Shown: positions 13,373 to 24,449 of the stretch, in pieces
Numbering within the stretch: the first letter of the stretch is position 1
How the letters are laid out: each line of letters begins with the position of its first letter
Source: Nemertoderma westbladi
Lineage: Eukaryota > Animalia > Xenacoelomorpha
Length of the DNA: 64,000 nt
Direction of reading: 5' to 3'
Assembly: GCA_032718475.1 (NCBI GenBank)
Contig: JAUCBJ010007186.1
Span: 1 to 64,000, forward strand
Position numbers and translations under genes: made by a program
Notes under the pieces: generated by a model
What the model was told of the DNA's origin: nothing
Seen by the model: only the letters and a program-made list of their open reading frames with translations
Database searches by the model: none

Positions 13373-14948
13373 TTAACAGCAACAAAGTTCGCGTTTACAT
13401 AGAGCAACTTGATCGGCAACCTGAAATGATTACTAAGTTGCTGATAGATACTAGTTGCAGATTAATTATTCGTCATGACGTATGCCTACTGTAAGTGAAC
13501 TTTACTTTAACGTAGCTGTAACCCTGTAGCTAACTTTGTTCTTATTGTAGAGTACCACCCATGGCTATATTTTGTACTTAGAGTTCCGCTTCTGAATCTA
13601 AATTTTGTTCTTATAGTTCTGCATTTGGCTGCATTTTGTTCAATTTGTATTGATACATGATTCTAACTACAGTCCCGTACTTATTTAGAAGCAATTTATA
13701 CCAAAATATCAAAAACTTATGGAGCCCTTTGATTTTGAATTCAAAAATTTCCAACATGTGCGCAAGTGTGTTAACTATATTGTATGTGCTTATTTGTTAT
13801 TATTGCGTTTACAGGTAATACTAACACCTGATCATGTGCTAGTTAACATGTTAGATAGCACTTATTAGCTAATAACAAATGCGCACATGTATTACGTGCG
13901 CACTACGCACTAAATAATTAAGGACGTACGATACGCCTTTGCTATTATTTGATATATTTTGCGTGTTTTTTGTAAAAATTCGTACTTATGGTGTTTTGCC
14001 AAATTGAGGATATATTGTTTTCTAGGCAATACCCCGCAACTATCGTATAGTTACGGGATAATACCAGAAAACGGTGTTCCCCTTTGTTTTGGCAAAACAC
14101 CATAAGTCAGAATTTTTACAAAAAAACCGCAATATATTTCAAAGGTAATTCTAAATCATATTGAAAGTTTAATTATATGAATTCTATATATATTTAGTTA
14201 TCAAAAAACACAATAACAAGTAAACTGGGGCATCTCTCTAAAAAATAAACAGTTTTTATCGATTATCTCAGAACTACAAAAATCGACTTAGGGGGTTCTG
14301 CCTTGAAGGTGACGAGATGTAGGCCACATACTGACAGGCTCTATCATAAATCCGTACCGGTACCCTTGATAAAAAGTCCACATCCTCCAAAAAAATTAAC
14401 AGTCATTTTTCAACCTATAGTGACCAACTTAAAACAAAAAAAATTTTGAAAAAAAAATTTTCTTTTCTCAGAGAGACATGTTTTCGAGCAAAAAGTTATA
14501 TCCACGGCATAGCCTACTATATTACAGGCAATGCCAACGTGCAGATACAATTCTGACTTGGCGGCCGAGTTGGACTTGGAACCAGACTCCGCAATCAGCC
14601 AGTAGGCCTACAGCCAGACAGCAATACCTGAATTCAGCATTGGAGCCTACACTACCTGACTACCTACAGACCTAGGTGTGTTCCGTGTCTTACTTGTATG
14701 TAATGTACTGTACTGGTAATCCCTTTTGAGAAGTTTTAGGCTACCGGTACTTCTGTACTTGTGCCTTTGCGCCGAAAGTCTTCGACGCAGCATTACGACC
14801 GGCGTCGAAAGTGGAAGCCATCGCAAAGATGTGCAGCGCAGGCGCTAAAATTTAGAACTAATTAAAACTACCAATTAAAACTATAGGCCTAAGTACTGAA
14901 GTATACCGGTATTCAGGTATTAGGCCTACTTGGTGCTTGGATATCGAT

Positions 14949-15228
14949 ATGCCTCGGAAGTGCTGCGTGCCAGAGTGTCGGTCAAACTATAAAAACGCCA
15001 CACCATGCAAGGTTTTCCGTATTCCAGGGGAGGAGCCCCATAGATCGTCATGGATTTCCGTATTATCAAAAGTGCGTGCTAATTTGCATGTGACTAAACA
15101 AACCGTTGTTTGTGAACTCCACTGGCCTGAAAACTATGAAAAGCGCCGTGGTTATCGCACAATTAAAATGATTCCAGCAGATCCACCATCTGTGTGGCCA
15201 AACATCGCTCCAAGTTGTACGCCCACGC
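14949..15228 (+). pseudogene. P transposase N-terminal THAP zinc finger, interrupted by a LINE
   Basis: MPRKCCVPECRSNY...FRIP...W...VCELHW...PPSVW matches the THAP C2CH signature. Confidence 0.9.
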
Positions 15229-15244
15229 CCAGCGTGGGCGTACA

Positions 15245-17784
15245 CCTAGGGTTGATGCTTCTAAAGCCACTGGATCGGATGAGATACCGGCAAAGATAAT
15301 AAAGGATGGGTTATCAGTCATTATATCCCCCCTACTGCATATTATTAACCAATCTATAATAACCACTAAGTACCCTACAAGTTACAAGATTGCTCGTGTA
15401 AAGACTGCATATAAAAGCAGTGGTTCGCGACTAGAGAGAGGAAACTTTCGCACGCTCTCATTACTTCCAATAATGTCTAAAATACTTGAAAGAGTTGCAT
15501 TTAACCAGCTACAAGACCACTATATCAATAACAAACTAATAAATAAACTTCAGTCGGGCTTTCGGGAGGGATATTCAACTGAAACGGCATTAATCTTTGT
15601 AGATAGCGCTATTAGAAATGGTATGGACAATGGCAAACTCACTGGTATGGTCACTATAGACTTTCGAAACGGAAAGCCTTTGACTGTGTGAATCACAATA
15701 TATTGTTAGAAAAACTAAAGGCTATGGGCGCTACCGATAAAACAAAAGATTGGTTCGAATCATATCTTTCTGGTAGACAACAGTTCGTTGCTATTGGCAA
15801 CACACGATCGGAGACTAAACCTATTAAAAATGGTGTTCCCCAGGGATCTATCTTGGGAGTTCTACTGTACGAAGGAGACACTAACGACTTCCACATGGTA
15901 ATAGAGGATGACACCCTGGACCCAACCTTTGCCGATGACACAAACTTAATAAAAACCAATGATGACTCAGAATTAATTTCTAAATGTTTGAGTACAACAA
16001 TGGACAGAGTATTCGACTGGTGTGTACAAAATAAACTGACAATAAACTTTGATAAGACCTACAGCATACTCATTGGAACACACCAAAAGATAGCTTCCTC
16101 TCCTGAACTAGAAGTCTATTGTGGTGGGCAACGTATAAAAAATGCAAAATCGGTCACTTACCTTGGCTCCGTGCTAGACCAACATCTAAGTGGGACCGAG
16201 ATGGCCACAAAGGTAATAAAGAAATGTAACAATAGATTGAAGTTTTTACATAGATATGGCGGATTACTAGACTACTATACAAGACGTTTGCTATGCAATA
16301 CACTGATACAACCACATATCGATTACGCCGCATCTACTTGGTTTTACAGCATAACTCAACGCCTTCGTAAGCAATTGGAAGCACTACAGAGGAAATGTGT
16401 TAGATATTGCCTTGGTTACAGTCCTTGTGAACATATCGGAATCCAACACTTCAAATAAATAAATTGGCTCCCTCTAAATGAAAGAATAAAGGCAGTTATA
16501 GCATCACATATGTTTAAAATTGTTAACAACATATCACCCGATTACATGTCAGACCTCGTTAACCTTCGTTGTCAAACACGCTCACTGCGTTCTACTGAGT
16601 CATCAGCTGCGCTCCCCCATTGTACGACAGTTTGCGGCAAGAAAACGTTCACTTACTTGGGCCCAAAAATTTGGAACGAACTGCCTCAAAGCTTAACGAA
16701 CGTGAAAACTTTAGAAGTGTTCAAACACAACCTCAAAGACTACTACCTACAGCAGCTGCTAAGCGAAAATGCAAATGAATACATTTATTATGATTATTAA
16801 TTTATATATAAATAATTAACATAACAAACATTGTATTTTATTGAACTTCATAATTATTTATTTTATAGGCTATATTTTATATATTACAGTGTTTTTATTA
16901 TTGCATTTATTGCTATTTTTTATTGTATTTTTCAGTTACTTTTAGCATTTCATTGGCACCATTCCATTTTCATTACAATTTTGGTGCAAATAATATTGTC
17001 TGCCGCATAGAGCACAGGGACCCTTATGGAAACGAGGTGAAACCTCATAAGGCTATCCCTCCATTTTAATATAATATTGCACATTTTCTACTTGTTTTTA
17101 ATTTTAAGGTTCTACTTGTTTTATTTTTGTCTACCTTGTTTTATTGATGTCTACCTTGTTTTATTTTGTCTACCTTGTTTTATTTTATATACCTTGTTTT
17201 ATTGTATAAAATTATACTGAGACTCCGAGTTAATTTTACTGTACATATGTGATAAGTTTTAAACTATGTGTTCGTATTTTATTGTACCTTGTTAAATAAA
17301 TTTTATTGTACCTTGTTAAATAAATTTCATTGTATGTATGTGATACTACTTTTTAAACTGTAGTTACGTACTGATACTCCGAATTAATTTTACTATACAT
17401 AATATGTGATAAGTTTTAAACTACGTGTTCGTATTTTATTGTACCTTGTTAAATAAATTTTACTGTACGTATGTGATACTACTTTTTAAACTGTAGCTAC
17501 GTAACAGATATATTTTAAACTGTAAATTTTATTTTATTTCAAGTTTAATGTATGTATATACACGTGATTTATTGTAAACTACTGTACAGAGTTAGACCAT
17601 TTATGTTACCTAGGCAAGACAATTTTATTATATAATTTCAAACATGTATTACCATCCATTAATTTACATAATTTACATAAAACAATGTAAAATAAATTAC
17701 CGGTAAATTGTGATTTATATATATTATTTCAGTATTGTGCAGTATGTATTTTTATATGGGAAAAAATTCAATCAATCAATCAAA
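15245..17784 (+). mobile_element. 5'-truncated LINE (L2/CR1 group, Crack-like): RT, ~1-kb 3' UTR and (ATCA)n tail
   Basis: Motifs KATGSDEIP, SLLPIMSKILE, QSGFR...STETAL, GVPQGSILG and FADDT across ORFs 15194-16800 with frameshifts and a stop. Stem-loop CCCTTATG...CATAAGGG at 17021-17053. Tail TCAATCAATCAATCAA. Confidence 0.9.
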
Positions 17785-18236
17785 CCCACGCTAACAACCG
17801 TCCCCGCAACCGTAAACTCGTTGCATCTATGCGATCATTACAGCCGGACGAGTTACCCCAGTTTCTGCAGGGGGATATTGTGACTTATGGATTTATACAT
17901 TTGTTCAAATGTATTCGCAATAACTGGATCCCAAAAAATTGAAAACTATCGAATTTGATGGATGTGTAGCGAAATGGTCCTATATTGAAAATCTTTGAAC
18001 GAGAAAAGGCATCATCAATAAAGATTGCCCATCGATTGACACAGAAGGCAGTGTACCCAAAGCCTATTAAAAGACAGGATGTTTCTGCTATGCTCCGTGT
18101 GTTTTGTGATGAAACTATTGTTGCTCTTCGTACTCACGTTGATCCCACTGATGATGATAAAGAAACCGCAACTTTCATTGAGAAGTTTGTTCGCGCATTT
18201 AAGATACTTAACATTCGCAGTCGCAGTGAAGACCAG
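17785..18236 (+). pseudogene. P transposase middle fragment, internally deleted
   Basis: QPDELPQFL is followed almost immediately by HLFKCIRNNW, then KIAHRLTQKAVYPKPIKRQDV...RVFCDET. Confidence 0.85.
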
Positions 18237-19470
18237 TGTAAAAGCTTTTGCGTAATTAGCCGGTTATTATCCCCGTAAAGTACTCTGTGGTTGGTTTACC
18301 AGGCATAAAAAGGCCGTGTCCTTGCTGTACTGGTGTTTTGGAGGACATAAAAGCCATTTCTTCTGTATTTGTACTTTAGAGGACATAATCTGTAATTTCG
18401 TGACGTAAAAGGCTCGATACTCTTGAAAACAGTGTCGCTACCATGACGACGGCTAACGGCTGATATTGCCACGTTGCAACTTTCTGTATCTGCCAATAGA
18501 ATTTGAGTTAGCCTTGATTTTGACCTATCACAGAGCTACTGAACTGAAATTTTCCTATCTCACTGCTCTTTCTCTGTATTGAACGGGAGCTTCGTGGAAT
18601 AAGGGTAGCTGGTATTCTTATAGTTATTCTTATCAGTGTTGTTGGTGATTCTAAGCCAGGAAGAACGGCTTTAGAGTATTTTGTGCTTTTCTGCTTTAGC
18701 CCTACACTAGTAGGCTTAATTATAAGGACATATATCCGTTATCTGCATACTGCATACTGCATACACTGCATACTGTGTAACACTGTGCATACTTTTATAT
18801 TGTTATACTGCTATTTACTGTCAGTTCTTCATAATATGGTTGATGAATTATTATATTTGGAATAACGACAAATAACCCCGAAAACCCAATATTCTTGATA
18901 TACCGAAGGTAAGAGAGAAGGGTTACAGATAAATGATTGCGACCTATGTTGAGTGGTTTGAAGTGAATCTAATGTTATTTGATAGACCCTACATGATTCG
19001 GTCCGTGTTCCTTTTATATGTGACTAAAATCAGTGAAGATCGGCAGATCAGTGTGCAGTATTGTGCAGCATTGTGTATGAGTGAGACTGATAACGAAGCA
19101 TTTCCTAAAGAATGCGCCATATATGTGAATTGTAACTAAGCCATATCGTTGTGAGTAGTTTAAGTCATAACTCTTTTTATATAGATAGAGCGCCACGTCC
19201 TAAAGGAACTGTTAATATTTCCCGAAGGTGAATAATATTGTCAGAGATTATATAATACTGTCAGTCGAATAATACATTAGGCTTACATAGCAATACGATT
19301 AAGCTGTCGAAATCAATCTCCCGGGTATATCCAATGGGTGAATGATCGCGCACAGATTGGTTTCAACTAGTGTAGTGAATCAAATACTTGTTAGAGGCTA
19401 AAGCGATTTATTATCTAGAAGACATCCTAATTTGGCGGGTTAAACTGCCAAAGGTCTGAAAGCGCGAACA
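18237..19470 (+). repeat. 5' LTR of BEL copy 1 (1234 bp)
   Basis: Near-identical direct repeat of 31625-32871. Confidence 0.96.
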
Positions 19471-19482
19471 ATAACGGATATA
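19471..19482 (+). promoter_or_regulatory. Non-canonical primer-binding site ATAACGGATATA (complementary to LTR 18731-18742)
   Basis: It abuts the LTR end, has no TGG start, and is the exact reverse complement of TATATCCGTTAT within the LTR. Its function is inferred. Confidence 0.6.
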
Positions 19483-21149
19483 GCTTCTTTATTGCAGTAA
19501 GCAATAAAGTTGAAAGTACCGGTAAACCTGAAAGGTACATCTGTAGGTCAGTAGGCCCAACTGCCAGAACCGGTACTGCCGTAGGTCCGTAGGTCCAACT
19601 GCCAGAACCGGTACTTCAGTAGGTCGGTAGGCCTAACTGTCCTAACCGGTACTTCCCGTATAAGTACAGCAGTATTATTCGATTTGATTGTTATATACCA
19701 GTAGGTCTTAATAATTAATCGGGGACGCCTGGTTTTTATTGAGATTTTACTTATTTCTGTCAAGTTTTATTTGTTTGTAGGCCAGTATTGAACAGAAGGC
19801 GTGTAAGCCTGATCAGATTGTACAGACAATTTGTAGGCTGAGCTGTTGTCTGATTGTTGTTAAGTCTGAACGGATTGCAGTATGTGTAGATCACCTGTCC
19901 GATAAAGAACGGTTAGGAAGTAGGGGCAGCGAATGCTGTAAGGTAAACCCCCAACTAAAGAATAAGTCGTACTACTGGGTTAGAACGCATACTACCTAAT
20001 TATTTCGGAGTCTGCATGTCCTGTAGTTTATTTAGGCTTGAGAGTAGTCTGCCATCGTTGAGTCTGTACTTTGTTTGTGTAAGTCTGTACGGGTAGCGTA
20101 TAATATTTATTTAAATAATTTGTAGGCTGGATAGTTGTCTGGCTGTTATTAGGTCTGAACGGATTGCAGCGTGTGTAGATCATCTGTCCGATAAAGAACG
20201 GTTAGGAAGTAGGGGCAGCGAATGCTGTAAGGTAAACCCCCAACTAAAGAATAAGTCGTACTACTGGGTTAGAACGCATACTACCTAATTATTTCGGAGT
20301 CTGCATATACCGTCAGTCAGGGAGATCATCAATTTTGGGGTTACCCCAAATTTCGAATTCTGGTAATAGACTGTCGAAAATTGGGGTTTTTTGTTCAAAT
20401 TTGAGGTATTTTTAGGCTTATAATATCGAGTGTTGCTGCGACTTAGGGAAACTGTTGGAGCAACTTCTACTTTTAATATGTTAAAATATAATGTAAAATA
20501 AGAACTTTTATCGATGCAATAAAATATTTCACCGATGCAAACATGCTTTTATTGGGGGCGAAAATTGAAATTTGAGGTTAAACCTCAAATTTGAGACAAA
20601 ACCTCAAATTTTGCCAGTCTTTACAACATCACCAGCCTGCCAGCAGTAGGGTGTAGCAGTAGGCTTTGCTGCTTAGTGCTTATAGAGCTTGGTGAGAATG
20701 GGTGACCAGTGTAACCTGTGACATGGCATGTATGCAGGGTAGGCTTAACCTTACAGCACAGCAACTTATAGTCAATAACTTCAATGATTGTTAACTCCAT
20801 TAGTGATTGGTGATACAAATGCAGAAGACTAGAGAAATTCGCTATTCTTACAGCCTTACTGTTGGTAAGAAGAACAGTAGACCAAATCCTCACTGTTGCG
20901 AGATTCAAGCTCACACAGCCTGACAGCTGCACAGTCACAGACTCAGGAAGGCCTACTATATCTTGTAGATGTTGAATCAATTCCAGAATTTGGAAGTTTA
21001 CATATTCTGGAATTCATCTGTTCTGTTCATCATTCATATCACACATCTTCGGAAAAAAATATGTTTTCTGGTTGTTGATGTCCTCTTTAAAACTTTGTAT
21101 ATCAAATGAATCCATTCCTCTCCTGACAGCCTGAGGACTTATGTAATAT

Positions 21150-21727
21150 TCGCCTGCCCTAGCTCTATCCAGCTATCTGTCACTTGGAATACTGTACCAT
21201 CATTCTTCCACAGTTTGGAGCCCATTTCTAGACAAATGTTGCCGCAAAGGTTGACGTGGTTTATACAATATATGTGGACTTGATTCTTTTGTTAGTTATT
21301 CTATACGACTGGAGACTCTAAAGTTGGAACCACTACCTACTGCAGTAGGCCTATACATCAACTTCAATTTGATAATGTGCTTTAAACTTATATATAAAGA
21401 TCTAAACCTGATCCGCCATCAGTCCATTACAACAATGTGCAACATCCTCGCAGACTATTTTAATATCCCAGCCAGACATCCAATGCAATCATGACCTGGC
21501 CATATATATAAAATTATGAAGCAAAGGCCATGCCCTGCCCAGCACATCTGCCCATGTCTGCATGTTCCATACATCACCACTTCTTTATCAGGGTCATTAA
21601 CATATGGAACATGCTGGACCTGGAACACAGTAGAAACATAATCATCACTAATCGCTATTCTTTTAAACAGTCTTTAGACTCTGCTTTATTATCAAGACAT
21701 CTGAAATGTTTTAGAAATCTACTGTAA
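21150..21727 (+). mobile_element. Old CR1-like LINE 3' remnant
   Basis: Degenerate LEYC, SYSIRLETLKLEPL, LIMCFKL and HFFIRVINIWNML, resembling CR1 ORF2 C-terminal motifs. Confidence 0.6.
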
Positions 21728-21991
21728 GTGACTGTTTGTTTATACAGTACTATACATACATACATCCTTTTAAATTGACCTTATGAGGAACCAGAATCAT
21801 TTATAACTTGGGCAAAAAGTATAACCTTTTTCACTAACCTATTCTCGAGGCTTTATCTCATCTCTGGAGTACACCTTGCAGGCACTAAAGTTGCATTGTA
21901 ATAGTGTGTAGGGATGGATTTTGCTCAAATTTCGATCAAAAATTTTGATCAACACATTCAATAAAGTTTTAGAAATTCCACCAAAAATATT

Positions 21992-22259
21992 TTGGCACTT
22001 GTGTCAATCAAATAGGTGACCCTCCTCGTCCTCATCTGCTAATCCTGAAATCACCAGCTAATCCTGAAATTTAGTGCAGGTGATATCAATATTCCTTACT
22101 CTTGTTTATTATTTTTTTTGGTTACTTTGAACTCACCTCTGTAACCTGCTCCTTTGCTAACCCTGTAACCGGGCATTAGTGAAAGTGACTTTAGTTTAGG
22201 TGATTTCAGGATTAGCAGATTAGGAGCTAGGAGGGTCCCCTATTTGACACAAGTGCCAA
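21992..22259. mobile_element. MITE-like element with ~60-bp imperfect TIRs
   Basis: TTGGCACTTGTGTCAA...ATCTGCTAATCCTGAAATCACC is mirrored by GGTGATTTCAGGATTAGCAGAT...TTGACACAAGTGCCAA. Confidence 0.7.
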
Positions 22260-24449
22260 TGTTTTATTTTACTTTTTTTACCGGGAGAAAAAGTAAAATC
22301 AATGCAAAATTATGGCTCTATGGTACATCATTATGTGGCAATATTATTCAATATGATTGCAGGTTGCTGTGTTGCCGACTTTGCAAAAGCTGTGCCCAAC
22401 AAAAAGTTACAATATTCAGATATTATGGGGACAACTTTTTCCCTATCAGTAGGGAAAAAAAGTAGGCCTACTACTTTTTCTCCCGATTTTAGGGCATATT
22501 CAAGCAAAAAGTCACAATATAAAAAAATATATAAGTTCTTTAAGCTCTGTACTTCGTTTTGTACGTCTACCATGATCATACCACCCCGCTGCACCCCTAC
22601 CAGTAGCCTTTTTAAGTATAAGCCTTTTTAAACTAATACTGAATATGTTTTAAATATTATATTTCACAACACTCAGACACTAGGCCTACATCAGTTTATT
22701 TTTTTACACTAACAACTAACGCTAACAACTACTGAACTAGGCCAACTATGACTTCTGTCTGTATCTGACTATGCTGCTATGAAATTCAAATTTGGGGTAA
22801 AACTCAAATTTAGAGAATTAACCTAACGTTGTATTAAATTTGAGGTAATTCCAAAATTGGGTCTATAATTTGAAATTTGAGGTATTCTCAAATTTGATGA
22901 TCTCCCTGACTGACCGTAGTTTGTTTAGGCTTGATAGTAGTCTGTCAGTGTTCGGTCTGCATTTTGTTTGAGTAGTTTGTACGCGTAGCGTAATATTTAT
23001 TATTCAGAGTTTATGCGATTATTCGCAACATTCATTCCCCAAGTTTGTTCCTACAGTAATTGTGTTTGTTATACATACCGCTATAGTTAAATTAACCCCG
23101 GTACTACACGGGCTGCTTGGCGTAGGTAAAGACTGGTGATTTTGTGCATCGGTCACTCCAGCAGATGCCGTGGTTCTTTTAGCTGTTCAAGTATATTTAA
23201 CTACTGATTATATGTTATTCAAGTACTCGTACCTAATTTAGGGTTTAGTGTACAGTGCTTTCCGAAAGTAATTAGTGTAGGCATTACATTTGTGGTGTAA
23301 AGTGGTTAATAGGCACGTTCGATTAGCTCTATTAACTTCTAGGTAGGAACACTCCGTGATACATAACGTAGTACCTATAGCGATACGGCTATAGGTCGTC
23401 AGGCGGTGGTATTTTCCTATCTGGACAACGCAGTGTACTTACTACTAAGTATTATTTTCAAATACCGTAGTACCCTGTCCGTTGTAATAACCAGATTTCT
23501 AACCCTTTGTTAGGCTGGTTTGTAGACTTCTTGTAAAATTACCCTAAAAATTAATATTTTGTGTTTTTTGTAAATTTTTGTGTTTATTTAGAGATTGTAA
23601 TCTCACCCGAATTGTACGTAATTTGTAGTATTAAGTAACTTAGGTAAATTAGAATTATTTGTTTTAGTGTCCTATAAGTAACACTTCACTGAAAGCGCAC
23701 CGCTTTGTGTAGTGATTACTCCCCAGAAATAATAACATTTATTTCAAACATTGACAAAACCCATTAAAACGGGTATATATATATTATAAATCAAATCTAA
23801 AGATTTATAAATAGTAGGCCTACCATACAACCATTAGGTCTCCATATCAGTTGGTCTACTGCTCAAATAGCGGTAATAAAGTAAGTAAAGTAACCAAGTA
23901 ACCCTTAAAATTCAGAAATTCAATTATTCTAAAATAATTGACATACCGGTATTTACTATTTACAATAGGCTTATTATATTTATTTCTATAAATTTTAGGT
24001 TGAAATCATACCGGTATTCTGTAATTAATTCTAGTCTGTAATTATACTTATATATATACACTATAAGTGTAAACTGCATACCGGTATTTACGATAGGCCT
24101 ATTATCTTTATTTCTATAAATTTAGGCTGAAATTATACCGGTACTTGTAATTAATTCTAGTCCAGAATTATATATACTACAAACTGTAAGCTGTATACCG
24201 GTATTCCGATAGGCCTATTATATATTTATATATATTTGTGCTAAAATTATACCGGTATTCTGTGATAAACCTAGTCTGTAATAATAGTTATATATACTAT
24301 AAGCATACCGGTATTCTAATATATTATATATATCACGCTACACTGAGTAGCAGTACCGGTAATTAATTACTAGGCTAGCAGTTAATACTGAGTTACTAGA
24401 CTTGCTCAGACTGTAATACAGCAGTAGACATTCAACTGTACACATAAGC

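Larger units (their letters stand above)
9794..14314 (+). mobile_element. Non-autonomous TIR DNA transposon, copy 1 (4-bp TSD; Sola-like by inference)
   Basis: A ~36-bp TIR CGTCACCTTCAAGGCAGAACCCCCTAAGTCGATTTT is at both ends. TSD AGAT is at 9790-9793 and 14315-14318. It is homologous along its length to 58655-61860 in the opposite orientation. No transposase. Confidence 0.88.
20310..22916. mobile_element. Non-autonomous TA-targeting TIR transposon (Tc1/mariner/pogo-like) nested in the BEL leader
   Basis: TA|CCGTCAGTCAGGGAGATCATCAA...TTGATGATCTCCCTGACTGACCG|TA, with subterminal AAATTTGAGGT repeats. It is absent from the equivalent site in BEL copy 2 (~43590-43600). Confidence 0.85.

Noticed and set aside
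18296-19196. Short ORFs repeated in all LTRs
   Set aside because: They recur only because the LTRs are repeats. They show no motifs and are disrupted by indels between copies.
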